A DNA stretch of 64,000 nt from an uncultured Acidimicrobiaceae bacterium (GTDB lineage Bacteria > Actinomycetota > Acidimicrobiia > Acidimicrobiales > Ilumatobacteraceae): NCBI GenBank assembly GCA_903919455.1, contig CAIXIJ010000023.1, positions 2,626-66,625 on the forward strand, read 5' to 3'. The notes beneath the pieces were generated by a model, which worked only from the letters and a program-made list of their open reading frames with translations, was not told the DNA's origin and did no database searches. The number at the start of each line of letters is the position of its first letter. The first letter of the stretch is position 1. Of this stretch, positions 17,873 through 27,108 are shown piece after piece. Position numbers and translations under genes: made by a program.

Positions 17873-19627
17873 ATGACCACGCGGGCCCGCTTCGACGATT
17901 TTCGAACTGGCCAAGCGGTGGTGCTCGACGCGCCCTACGACGAACAGTCGGCATGGTCGCTCGACGATGTGCGACCACTGCTGCGCGCCGCCGAACAGCA
18001 CGCCATGCACGGCGCCTGGGTGGCGGTGATGGTCACCTACGAAGCTGGGCCGGCATTCGACCCGGCTCAGCAGGTGCACCCGCCGGTGGCAGGGCTACCG
18101 CTGGCATGGTTCTGTGCATTTCACGCCGCGAACCACACCGGTCTGGTGGAGCGTTCCGATCAGCCGGTCACCGTGCACGATCTTCAACGTCGCGGCGGGT
18201 GGCGCTGGTATGGCGAATCGGTCGACGAGATCCGCGAGATCATCGCCTCCGGGTCCGCCTACCAGATCAACCTCACCGACCGGCTCGACGGTGTGCTCGA
18301 AGGCAACCCCGCCGATCTCTACGCACGCATGGCTGCGGCGCAACGGGGTCGTTACAACGCACTCATCCAGACCGACAACCACGTACTGGTCAGCGCCTCG
18401 CCCGAGCTATTCTTCGAAGTGCGCGGCAACACGGTGACGAGTCGCCCAATGAAGGGCACCATCAAACGATCGGCGCGTCCCGACGACGACGAAACGGCCG
18501 CCCGGCAGTTGGCCGACAGCCTGAAGGACCGTGCCGAGAACGTGATGATCACCGACCTCTTGCGCAACGACATCGGTCGGGTCGCGCGCATCGGTTCGGT
18601 GAAGGTGCCCTCGCTGCTGCGACGGGAGCGCTACGAGACGGTGTGGCAGCTCACATCCACCGTCACCGGCGAGATCGACGACTCGCTCGGCCTCGTGGAC
18701 CTGTTCGATGCGCTCTTCCCCTGCGGCAGCATCACCGGTGCGCCGAAGGTGAGCGCCATGCACCACATCACCGAATTGGAACCGTGGCCTCGCGGGGTCT
18801 ACTGCGGCGCCATCGGTGTGATCCGGCCGCTGCAGTTCGGCGAAGTGCGACCCTGGAGCACCTTCAACGTGGCCATCCGCACCGCAGTGGTCGACACGGC
18901 GACAGGCGCGCTCACCTACGGCGCTGGCGGCGGCATCACGGCCGACAGCCAGCCCGACGATGAGAACCGCGAAATGGAGGCCAAGTCGGTGGTGCTCACC
19001 ACCGACCGACCCGAGTTCCGGTTGCTGGAGACCATGCGCACCGCCGCTGGTGCGGTGCAACACCTCGACGAGCACCTCGAGCGCGTGGCCGCATCCGCTC
19101 ACCACTTCGACTTCGACCTCGACGTTGCCCATGCCCGCCAGCTGTTGGGCCGCCTCGCAGCCGACGTGGACGAACCGCACCGCTTGCGGTTGCTGGTGGC
19201 CAGGGACGGCACGCTGGAAACCACCCTCGATCCCATCGGCGATGCCCCCACCACGCTGGCGGTCCGGCTCGCTGCCGCCCCAGTGGACACCCATTCCGTG
19301 TTCATGGTCCACAAGACCACCCTGCGCGCCACGTACGACTCGTTGAACGCGGCGAACCCCGACGTGGACGACGTGCTGCTCCACAACCAGGAAGGCGAGG
19401 TGGTGGAGAGCTGCCGGGCAAACGTGCTGTACCGGTTGGGTGACCGGTGGTTCACACCGCCGCTGAGCAGTGGCGGTCTGGCAGGCGTTGCCCGGAGGGC
19501 CCTCCTGGAAGCCGGCGAGATACGCGAACGCACCCTGTTCGTCAAGGAGATGGGCGCGATTGACCAACTGCAATTGGTGAGTGCGTTGCGCGGTCGAAGA
19601 GACGCAACGGCCGTCGCCCCGGCATGA
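17873..19627 (+). CDS. pabB: Aminodeoxychorismate synthase component I fused to aminodeoxychorismate lyase (PabB-PabC fusion)
   Basis: The N-terminal part has chorismate-binding motifs (SGSAYQINLT, PMKGT, GSITGAPK, GGGIT). The C-terminal roughly 190 aa resemble a class IV aminotransferase/ADC lyase. The start is chosen at ATG 17873 (MTTRARFDD). Confidence 0.8.
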   Translation: MTTRARFDDFRTGQAVVLDAPYDEQSAWSLDDVRPLLRAAEQHAMHGAWVAVMVTYEAGPAFDPAQQVHPPVAGLPLAWFCAFHAANHTGLVERSDQPVTVHDLQRRGGWRWYGESVDEIREIIASGSAYQINLTDRLDGVLEGNPADLYARMAAAQRGRYNALIQTDNHVLVSASPELFFEVRGNTVTSRPMKGTIKRSARPDDDETAARQLADSLKDRAENVMITDLLRNDIGRVARIGSVKVPSLLRRERYETVWQLTSTVTGEIDDSLGLVDLFDALFPCGSITGAPKVSAMHHITELEPWPRGVYCGAIGVIRPLQFGEVRPWSTFNVAIRTAVVDTATGALTYGAGGGITADSQPDDENREMEAKSVVLTTDRPEFRLLETMRTAAGAVQHLDEHLERVAASAHHFDFDLDVAHARQLLGRLAADVDEPHRLRLLVARDGTLETTLDPIGDAPTTLAVRLAAAPVDTHSVFMVHKTTLRATYDSLNAANPDVDDVLLHNQEGEVVESCRANVLYRLGDRWFTPPLSSGGLAGVARRALLEAGEIRERTLFVKEMGAIDQLQLVSALRGRRDATAVAPA

Positions 19628-20433
19628 TGGGCACCATGCACACGCAGGTGATGGGCATCGTGAACGTCACACCCGACTCGTTCAGCGACGGTGGCCGCTT
19701 CGAACACGTCGATGCCGCCATCGCGCACGGTCTTCAACTCGCCGCAGAAGGCGCCTCCATCGTCGACATCGGCGGCGAGAGCACCCGACCCGGAGCAACA
19801 CCGGTGGAACCCGACGACGAATGCCAACGCGTGCTTCCCGTCATCCGGGCGCTCGCCGCAGAAGGCATCACCGTCAGTATCGACACGCGACATGCCCTCA
19901 CAGCAGAACGGGCCATGGCCGCCGGCGCGCGGATCATCAACGACGTCACCGGGTTCGTGGAGCCCGACCTCGTGAAGGTGGCTGCGGCCACCGGCGCACG
20001 GGTGGTCATCAACCACATGCCCACCGACGACCCGCGCACCATGCAGGCACACGCGCAGTACGGCGACGTAGTGGCCGAGGTGCGCGATTTCCTGGCACGC
20101 CGAATCGATGAATGCCATCAGGCAGGCATCACCGACATCGTCATCGACCCGGGCATCGGCTTCGGCAAGAACAGCGACCACAACCTTGCCCTCATTGCCG
20201 CTCTCGACCATCTGGCCGACCTGCGCCGGCCGGTACTGGTGGGCGTGTCGCGCAAGCGGTTCATCGGCGAACTGTCGGGTGATGCTCCTGCCGATCGGCG
20301 AATCGGCGGCACCATTGCGGCCGGGCTTGCGGCCGTCGCACACGGCGCCAGCATCCTGCGCGTACACGACGTGTTCGAACACGTTCAGGCACTACGGCTG
20401 TGGCACGCCATCACCGCTGCCGAACAAGACTGA
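19624..20433 (+). CDS. folP: Dihydropteroate synthase
   Basis: 269 aa with the motifs MGIVNVTPDSFSDGG, DIGGESTRPG and INDV. There is an ATGA overlap with the pabBC stop. Confidence 0.92.
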   Translation: MMGTMHTQVMGIVNVTPDSFSDGGRFEHVDAAIAHGLQLAAEGASIVDIGGESTRPGATPVEPDDECQRVLPVIRALAAEGITVSIDTRHALTAERAMAAGARIINDVTGFVEPDLVKVAAATGARVVINHMPTDDPRTMQAHAQYGDVVAEVRDFLARRIDECHQAGITDIVIDPGIGFGKNSDHNLALIAALDHLADLRRPVLVGVSRKRFIGELSGDAPADRRIGGTIAAGLAAVAHGASILRVHDVFEHVQALRLWHAITAAEQD

Positions 20434-20437
20434 GCAG

Positions 20438-20824
20438 ATGGAGATCACCCGATTCGTCGGCGTGTACAACGCCAAGGGCACGTTGCGAGGCGAGCTGTCG
20501 TATTGGGTGAATGCCCGCTTCGGCCGGGCCCATTGCGCGCTGTGCGATATCACCCACGGGCTGACGCGCATGAAGGCCGACTGGAAGACCTGCCGCGAAT
20601 CGCTGCCCGTGCACTTCGCCACGTTTCACCTCGATGACCAACCCGACGCCGTGCGCCTCGCCACCGGCAACACCGCACCCGTCGTCGTGGCCGAGACCAC
20701 CACCGGCATCGTGTGTCTGCTGGGCCCCGACGAACTGGAGGCCTGCCGGGGCTCCACCGAGGCACTGGTGAGCGCCGTGCACGCCGCCGTCGACGCGCAC
20801 GGCCTGCGCTGGCCCGCCAGTTGA
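20438..20824 (+). CDS. Hypothetical 128-aa protein with a CxxC motif (HCALCDITHG)
   Basis: The ATG lies 4 nt after the folP stop, and codon usage resembles the neighbouring genes. I recognise no family. Confidence 0.5.
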   Translation: MEITRFVGVYNAKGTLRGELSYWVNARFGRAHCALCDITHGLTRMKADWKTCRESLPVHFATFHLDDQPDAVRLATGNTAPVVVAETTTGIVCLLGPDELEACRGSTEALVSAVHAAVDAHGLRWPAS

Positions 20825-20869
20825 CCCGCCGGTTGACCCGACCGGCTGACCTGACCGCAGCAACGCGAC

Positions 20870-22099
20870 CTACTTCGGTGGAAGGCTGAAGCCCGCCACC
20901 TGCTTGTACTGAGCTGCAATGGCCTCGCGTTCACCCTCGGCGAACACATCGTGGATATCGGCGAAACCTTCCGGTGCGCGCTCGTGAGCAAGGTCGAGCA
21001 TGCGCTCAGGGCCGTGCTGCCGATTCGATAACACGATTGCGGCCGTCTTCGGCCGACGCTCGTCGTCGTACGCACGTAATGCGGCATCGATGTCGGCGGT
21101 ACCCGACAACAGATCGGCCAGTGTGAACGCGTCGATGATCGCCTGCGATGCACCATTGGAACCAATGGGGTACATCGGGTGCGCCGCGTCGCCCAACAGC
21201 GTGACGCGACCATGAGTCCATCGATCCAATGGGTCGCGGTCCACCATCGGAAACTCGAACACCGTGTCGGCGCCCCGCACCAGGGCGGGAATGTCGAGCC
21301 AGTCCCAGACCCAGTCCTCGAAGCGCGGCAGGAAGTCGGTGAGCACGCCCACCTTGTTCCAGTCCTCACGCTTTGAAAGGCCGAAGTGGCTTCGGTCGAG
21401 TTCCGCGATCCAGTTCACGGTGCACAACCCATCGTCGCCCACCTCGGAGATCGGGTAGGCCACGAACTTGTGCGGGAGGTGACCGGCCATGAACATCGAG
21501 CGGCCCGTGAGAAACGGGGCCGAGCGTGTGGTGGCGCGCCACAGAATGTTGCCGCTCCAGTGCGGCATGCCTTCGTTCGGGTGGAAGGCGGCACGAATGG
21601 TGGAGTGGATGCCGTCGGCAGCAACCAACACGTCGGCCACATCCTCGAACCCGGTCGATTGATCGCGCGGCACCACGTTCACCGCCACTCGGCCGTCGAC
21701 GCGTTCCTGGAAGCCGGCCACCGAATGGCCCGACACCACACGCTCGTCACCAAGGCGCGCACGAGCCTCTGCCAGTAGCGCCATGTGCAACTGACCGCGA
21801 TGCACCGACAGTTGCGGCACCGGATAGCCGGCCGCCACGCCGCGGGGTTCGCGCCAGATGAGCTGACCATGCTGGTTGAAGAAGCACAGCTCTGCCGTGG
21901 GCACTCCGAGCGGAAGCAGCGTGTCGAGCAGGCCCAGCCGATCCAGATGGGCCATCGCGTGCGGCAACACATTGATACCCACACCGAGTGGCTGAAGGTG
22001 CTGCACCCCTTCGTAGACCTGCACGTCGATGCCCTTGGCGTGTAGCGCCATGGCGGCCGTCAGACCCCCGATGCCGCCTCCGGCGATCACCACTCTCAT
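20870..22099 (-). CDS. FAD-dependent aromatic-ring monooxygenase (salicylate/3-hydroxybenzoate hydroxylase-like)
   Basis: 409 aa with an N-terminal MRVVIAGGGIGGLTAAMAL Rossmann fold and the motifs DVLVAADGIHS and GDAAHPMYPIGSNGASQAI. Confidence 0.85.
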   Translation of the reverse strand: MRVVIAGGGIGGLTAAMALHAKGIDVQVYEGVQHLQPLGVGINVLPHAMAHLDRLGLLDTLLPLGVPTAELCFFNQHGQLIWREPRGVAAGYPVPQLSVHRGQLHMALLAEARARLGDERVVSGHSVAGFQERVDGRVAVNVVPRDQSTGFEDVADVLVAADGIHSTIRAAFHPNEGMPHWSGNILWRATTRSAPFLTGRSMFMAGHLPHKFVAYPISEVGDDGLCTVNWIAELDRSHFGLSKREDWNKVGVLTDFLPRFEDWVWDWLDIPALVRGADTVFEFPMVDRDPLDRWTHGRVTLLGDAAHPMYPIGSNGASQAIIDAFTLADLLSGTADIDAALRAYDDERRPKTAAIVLSNRQHGPERMLDLAHERAPEGFADIHDVFAEGEREAIAAQYKQVAGFSLPPK

Positions 22100-22140
22100 A
22101 CCGCTCGACGCTAGCCAGTGCCGAGCGTCGCGAATCGGTC

Positions 22141-23118
22141 GTGATCATCACCAACTGCATCTCTCTGCGAGCCAGGCAACGAGACGTCACACGGCGTAGC
22201 GTCCACGAGGTGCCTTCCTTCGACCACGTGCCCTTCCACACCGCTCACCCAGTCACCGTGCTGCCATGGGCTGCCGATGGCGTCGACGGCTCGCTGAACC
22301 TGCACGTGGTGGACGCGCCCGCAGTGGGCACCGAGCGTGGCACCTTCCTGCTACTCCACGGCGAACCCTCATGGAGTGTGCTCTACGAGCAGTGGATCCC
22401 GCGCCTCACGGCCGCTGGTTACCGCTGCGTCGCGCCCGACCAGCCCGGCTTCGGTCGCAGCGACAAACCCACCGACGACGAGTGGTACACGTACGAGCGC
22501 CACGTCGCTTCGGTGCGGTATGTGATCGACACCCTCGACCTGCGCAACGTTCACCTTGTGGTGCAGGACTGGGCTGGCCCCATCGGCCTTCGCCAAGCCG
22601 TCGACCAACCGCATCGCTTCGATCGCCTCTTCATCTTCAACACCTGGTTGCACCGCGCCGACTTCCCGTACAGCGACGGCGTGAAGATGTGGCGGCAGAT
22701 GGCCGTCGACCCAGCGGCGTTGGGGGGCGACATGCCGACAGGACGCATTGTGGCGGGCACCATGCGCCGAGAGCATGACTACGAGATGGTGCGCTCCACC
22801 TTCGACGCACCGTTCGATGGACCCGACACCAAGGCCGGCGCGCGAGCGTTCCCGACGATGCTGCCGTGGGTGCAGCCTGAGCGCGGAGGCGCCGAACAGC
22901 AGCAGCGGTGCCACGAGGCGCTACTCGAATGGAACCACTGCCCGGTGCATGTGATCTTCGGCGATGCCGACCCGGTGTTCCCCTTCGAACAGGCAGAGGC
23001 ATGGGCCGCGGTCATCCCTGGCGCGACCCTCGATCGCATTCCCGGTGCCGGTCACTTCGTGCAGTACGACGCCCCCGACGACTGCCTCGACATCATCACA
23101 GCCCGGCTCGGCGTTTGA
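22141..23118 (+). CDS. Haloalkane dehalogenase-like alpha/beta hydrolase
   Basis: Motifs are LLLHGEPSWSVLY, PDQPGFGRSDKP, the nucleophile elbow VVQDWAGPIG and a C-terminal GAGHFVQ. There is no in-frame ATG outside the overlap with the neighbouring gene, so the start is either GTG 22141 or GTG 22210. Confidence 0.75.
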   Translation: MIITNCISLRARQRDVTRRSVHEVPSFDHVPFHTAHPVTVLPWAADGVDGSLNLHVVDAPAVGTERGTFLLLHGEPSWSVLYEQWIPRLTAAGYRCVAPDQPGFGRSDKPTDDEWYTYERHVASVRYVIDTLDLRNVHLVVQDWAGPIGLRQAVDQPHRFDRLFIFNTWLHRADFPYSDGVKMWRQMAVDPAALGGDMPTGRIVAGTMRREHDYEMVRSTFDAPFDGPDTKAGARAFPTMLPWVQPERGGAEQQQRCHEALLEWNHCPVHVIFGDADPVFPFEQAEAWAAVIPGATLDRIPGAGHFVQYDAPDDCLDIITARLGV

Positions 23119-23197
23119 TCTCGAGGATCACCTCGGTCTTCGCATCGGCGTAGTCCTGCACCGTGGCCCAGTCGAGTTCGGCCAACGATGTGCACCT

Positions 23198-23902
23198 TCA
23201 TCGGCGTCGGGAGGGGTCGGCGTCGCGGCGTTCAGCGAACGAGCGAACCGCCGGTTGCTTCCATCCGATGCCCTGCGCCAGCCCCGACGGCGGCCAGAAC
23301 TGTTGGCGGCTGTAGGCCCACCACTCGAATGGGTTCATGTAGTAGGCGCACGACTCCACCACCTTGCCCATCGGTTCCTTGCGCCCGCGGCGCACCCACA
23401 CCCCGATGCCCACCAGTGCCGCCAGCCCGGCCCACAGCCCGTACAGCGGCAGGTAGAGCGGACCGAACAGCCGCGCCTGCCACACGTGCACCGATTCGTG
23501 GTCGTGCACCAGCCGCGCCCGCGACGCGTTCTCCACCGGGCCTGCACCGCTGATGACGTTGCCCACCGTGAGGGCATAGCCCGGCTTCAGCACCATGCCG
23601 CCTCGATACACGTGATGCCCGTGCCGTTCGCTGAACTCGGGCAGGAACTCGGCGCGCCGCACCATCGCCACGACATGCGCCAGCAGGCCGACGAAGACGG
23701 ACAGCGTGGCCCAGGTGGAATCCACCACGAACGCCACCACCCCTGCGGCACGACGCCACGGGTAGATGCGACGCCAGCCCGAAACAAGCCCATTCAGGCC
23801 GGCCACCACGGCCAACACGATTCCCAGCAACGGATGGATCCATGCTCCGGCCAACCAGCCCAGCCCTGCACCCATCACCCCGACGACGGTCGCTTCCCCC
23901 AC
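23198..23902 (-). CDS. Polytopic membrane protein with an HExxH motif (putative membrane metallopeptidase-like)
   Basis: 234 aa with about 4-5 hydrophobic helices and the segment LVHDHESVHVWQARLFGPLYLP. It lies on the same strand as the pentapeptide gene, 130 bp downstream of it. Confidence 0.55.
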   Translation of the reverse strand: MGEATVVGVMGAGLGWLAGAWIHPLLGIVLAVVAGLNGLVSGWRRIYPWRRAAGVVAFVVDSTWATLSVFVGLLAHVVAMVRRAEFLPEFSERHGHHVYRGGMVLKPGYALTVGNVISGAGPVENASRARLVHDHESVHVWQARLFGPLYLPLYGLWAGLAALVGIGVWVRRGRKEPMGKVVESCAYYMNPFEWWAYSRQQFWPPSGLAQGIGWKQPAVRSFAERRDADPSRRR

Positions 23903-24030
23903 ACCCGCACCCTATGCGGCACCGTGGCTGAAAAGCCCAACTGGCCAGGCCGCACCCACCGTGGTGGGGAACGGCCTGACCAGTTCGGTTGTGCGTGCTG
24001 TATCGAGGCCCGGGAGGTGGGCCCCGAGAC

Positions 24031-26136
24031 TCAGAAGTTGTTGAGGATCACACCGTCGATGGCCACCGACTTGCCAGCCGTCACGGAGACCAGCTTCACG
24101 ACGCCGGTCTTCGTGGCGGCGCTGCGGGGCAGAGTGACGACGGCGCGAGCCACGGTGGTGGAACTCACCAGCGAGATGCGACCGATCTTGGTGGCACCCA
24201 CGAACACATCAACCGAGCCGCAGGTGGCGCAGGTGGTTGCGATCACTCCCACCTGCTTCACGGTCTTGGATCCCGCCGAGCTGAGGCTGGCGCCCGCAGC
24301 AGTGGTGGTGGAACCGGTGTTGGCAAGCCAACCGGTCTTGGCGGCCTTGGTCCACACGCCGGCACTGGTGAACGAGCGATCGTCGACGGCGAGCGTGGTG
24401 CACTTCGGGGTGCTCCAACCGCTCTGGTTACCAGCGCGGTCGGTGGTGTTCACCGAGAAGCAGTAGCGGTAGCCCAGCGCCGCACCGGCGAAGGTGTAGG
24501 TGCTTCCCGTCACGGCGGCCGAGGCCACCACAGGAGCCGAGAGGGCACCGCCGGTGGAGAGCGCCCGCTGCCAACGAACGGCGGTGCTGGCCACGCCCGA
24601 GCCGCCTGCGTCAGCGGCAGTCCAAGAGACCACCACCGACTGGCTGAGGCTGTAAGCGGCCGACGGCTGCGACTGGGTGACCGTGGGGTTGGTGGTGTCG
24701 GCGGCGTTGGCGCACGAGCCACCGTTGTGCGCAGCGGCGAGCACACCGTCGGCGCAACGGGCACCGGTCCAGGTGACGCCAGTGATCTCCGCACCGGTCA
24801 AGTCGGCACCGGTGAGCACAGCGTTGGTGAAGTTCACGTTGGTGAGCAGCGCATCCGAAAGGTCCTTGCCAGCCAGGTTGACGCCGGTGAGGTCGGCGCT
24901 ACGCAGGTCGGCGCCCGGACCCACCAGACGACCGTTCACGATCGCGGCACCCGTCGGCAATGTGGTTGCCGAGCCAGTGAGACCCGACGTACGAAGGCCG
25001 CTGGTGTCGACGGTGGAGAGGTCGGCGCCAGCCACGCTGGCTGCGCTGACGATGGCGCCGGGAGCGAAGATCGAGCCACCGGCAACCACGCCATCAGCAG
25101 GCGGGGTGAAGGGCGTGCCGAAAAGTGCGCCCGAGGTGACACCACGGAACGACGCACCGAGAAGGTTGCTGCCGTCGATGTTGGCGCCCGTGAGCGTCGA
25201 GCCGGTGAAGCTAGTGCCGCTGAACGAGCCACCCGACAGGTTGGCGCCGGCGAGGTTCGCCTTCACGAAACGCGCACCGTCGGCCACAACGCCGGAGAGG
25301 TTCTTGCCGTGGAAGTCGACACTGGTGAAGGTGAGGCCCGACACGTCGGCACCCGGCCCCATCAACGTGGTGCCCTGAGCGAACCAGCTGGTGGGCAGCG
25401 AGGTGGGAGTGCCAACCATGTCGACCGCACGGAGGACCGACACGTCGGCTGCCCCAGCGAACGTTGCCGAGGCGACGTTGGCGCCCGAGATGTCGGCGCC
25501 GGCGAGGTTCGCACCCGTCAGGATGGTCTCGGCCAAATTTGCGCCCGTCAGGTCGGCAAACGACAGATCGGCGTTGGTGAGATTGCAGCCAATCCAGTTG
25601 ATGCCGGGGGCCGGAGCGATGTTCAACACACCAGCAAGACCGACAACCGGGCAGGTCACCCAGTTGATAGCCGTGAACTCATCGGTGAGTTCGTTGTCCA
25701 CAAGGCCGGGAGCCACGCGGATGTAGCAGGTATCGGAGTGCGGGAGGCTGGTGCCGAGCGGGCCGCAGCTGAACTCACCAAGGTTCGGCTCGTCGCCGTT
25801 GAACACAATGAAGCTGGCCGAGCCGGCGCCGGAGGAGACCGTGGGGTTCAGTTGGTAGAAGCCCGAGCAGTCGGTGGCGAGATTGAACAACGGGTCGGTG
25901 TCGTTCTTCAGACACTGCTGGATGTAGGCCACATCGGAACCACCATCAGGGATGGTGAGACCGCTGAGCGTCACCGTGATGTTCTGCGTCGCCAGCGTTC
26001 CATCGAGTCGAGCCGTCGACAAGGCCGTAGTGGCGAACACGGAGGTTGGGGTGACACCTCCCACCACGGAGACAGCGGCAACGACAGTGGCGGCCGAAAT
26101 GAGCACACGGGAAATCAGTCCACGAGACATGTCCAC
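24031..26136 (-). CDS. Secreted multidomain pentapeptide-repeat protein (signal peptide + 4-Cys module + long A(D/N)LxG-type repeat tract + FN3-like + C-terminal beta-rich domain)
   Basis: 701 aa. The signal-like N-terminus is RVLISAATVVAAVSVVGGVTPTSVFA. Many consecutive pentapeptides occur (ADLSF ADLTG ANLAE TILTG ANLAG ADISG ANVAS ...). The start is GTG 26136 or ATG 26130. Confidence 0.85.
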   Translation of the reverse strand: MDMSRGLISRVLISAATVVAAVSVVGGVTPTSVFATTALSTARLDGTLATQNITVTLSGLTIPDGGSDVAYIQQCLKNDTDPLFNLATDCSGFYQLNPTVSSGAGSASFIVFNGDEPNLGEFSCGPLGTSLPHSDTCYIRVAPGLVDNELTDEFTAINWVTCPVVGLAGVLNIAPAPGINWIGCNLTNADLSFADLTGANLAETILTGANLAGADISGANVASATFAGAADVSVLRAVDMVGTPTSLPTSWFAQGTTLMGPGADVSGLTFTSVDFHGKNLSGVVADGARFVKANLAGANLSGGSFSGTSFTGSTLTGANIDGSNLLGASFRGVTSGALFGTPFTPPADGVVAGGSIFAPGAIVSAASVAGADLSTVDTSGLRTSGLTGSATTLPTGAAIVNGRLVGPGADLRSADLTGVNLAGKDLSDALLTNVNFTNAVLTGADLTGAEITGVTWTGARCADGVLAAAHNGGSCANAADTTNPTVTQSQPSAAYSLSQSVVVSWTAADAGGSGVASTAVRWQRALSTGGALSAPVVASAAVTGSTYTFAGAALGYRYCFSVNTTDRAGNQSGWSTPKCTTLAVDDRSFTSAGVWTKAAKTGWLANTGSTTTAAGASLSSAGSKTVKQVGVIATTCATCGSVDVFVGATKIGRISLVSSTTVARAVVTLPRSAATKTGVVKLVSVTAGKSVAIDGVILNNF

Positions 26137-26282
26137 AAGGTTTCATGGCATGTTGAACCAATACCCACGAGTTGGTGAACGGATGGTGAAGAGTGGGCAC
26201 CTTCTGAATGCACAGAGCGGCTAGACGCTCACTTCTTGCGATTTCCGACCACCGGAGCCCACGGGCCAGGCCCCCCGTCGAG

Positions 26283-26492
26283 CTAGCGCGCAATCAACGA
26301 TGCCAAGGCCACGACGGCCACGACCAGACCGATGGCCGCCATCATCATGCTGCGACTGCGCGGTGCTTGCGCGAGGTCGTTGTCGCCTCGTCGCCCCTCC
26401 GGTGGCTTCACCAATGCCATCACATTGCCGGCGAACATTGCGCCGCCCAAGGCCAGCAGCAGCCACACGATGAGGTCCTTGCCGAGGAACAT
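26283..26492 (-). CDS. Small two-TM membrane protein
   Basis: About 69 aa from the internal ATG (MFLGKDLIVWLLLALGGAMFAG...MMMAAIGLVVAVVALASLIA). Coding status is inferred from hydrophobic periodicity only. Confidence 0.45.
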   Translation of the reverse strand: MFLGKDLIVWLLLALGGAMFAGNVMALVKPPEGRRGDNDLAQAPRSRSMMMAAIGLVVAVVALASLIAR

Positions 26493-26642
26493 GCCCACAG
26501 TGTGCCGGGATCGCCTGCCGCTGCGGCACCGAGCGTGTCGGCGGCATCCCACTCGGCACCCCCCATCGCCAAGCCATCAATCCGCAGGATGTACTGTGGG
26601 AACCGGCGCCAGCCACGGCGCTGCACTGTTCAAGGGGGAACA

Positions 26643-27044
26643 ATGAAGCGTCCGCTTCTGGTCACCATCATCGGCATCATCGGCATCATCGGCGGCATCG
26701 GCCAGACGATCTTCGGGTTCGTGCTGTTCGGCCTCCGCAACAGGGAGTCGTTCCTGGCCGACGCCGGCATCGAGTCCGGTCACGCCGGGATCATCGCCAT
26801 CGTCTGCATCATCGTGGGCATCCTGACGGTGATTTTCGCCGTTGGCCTGCTGGCAGGCAATCGCGTTGCTCGAGGCCTGCTGGGTATCAGCGAAGTTGCC
26901 CAACTCGCATTGGGCGTCTACGCCGTGGCCACTCTCGACTCCGCTCGTCGGCCGAGCGCCATCGGCAGCATCATCGGCGCGCTGATCGTGCTGTACTTCC
27001 TCTTCGGCACCGAGAAGGCCAAGGCCTTCTTCGCCAAGAGCTAA
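26643..27044 (+). CDS. Four-TM membrane protein of unknown function
   Basis: 133 aa starting MKRPLLVTIIGIIGIIGGIGQTIFGFVLFGL, with four hydrophobic segments. A strong hairpin follows it. Confidence 0.6.
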   Translation: MKRPLLVTIIGIIGIIGGIGQTIFGFVLFGLRNRESFLADAGIESGHAGIIAIVCIIVGILTVIFAVGLLAGNRVARGLLGISEVAQLALGVYAVATLDSARRPSAIGSIIGALIVLYFLFGTEKAKAFFAKS

Positions 27045-27057
27045 ACCCGAGCTGGTG

Positions 27058-27086
27058 GCGGGTGTGTCAAAGTCGGACACACCCGC
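27058..27086. terminator. Bidirectional hairpin terminator between the convergent membrane-protein gene and dnaB
   Basis: GCGGGTGTGTC-AAAGTCG-GACACACCCGC forms a perfect 11-bp stem with a 7-nt loop. Confidence 0.7.
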
Positions 27087-27108
27087 TGCCCGCAACGAAC
27101 ATTGCGGG

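Noticed and set aside
23989-26178. A 729-aa plus-strand ORF opposite the pentapeptide-repeat gene
   Set aside because: It is an antisense shadow of a repeat-rich gene. The product is G/R/A-rich without domain signatures, whereas the minus-strand frame has a signal peptide and regular pentapeptide periodicity.
26667-26693. A 9-bp tandem repeat (ATCATCGGC x3) inside the 26643-27044 membrane-protein gene, a potential slipped-strand contingency locus
   Set aside because: It is in frame and simply encodes the hydrophobic IIG-IIG-IIG of a TM helix. Three copies of a 9-mer do not make a convincing phase-variation tract.
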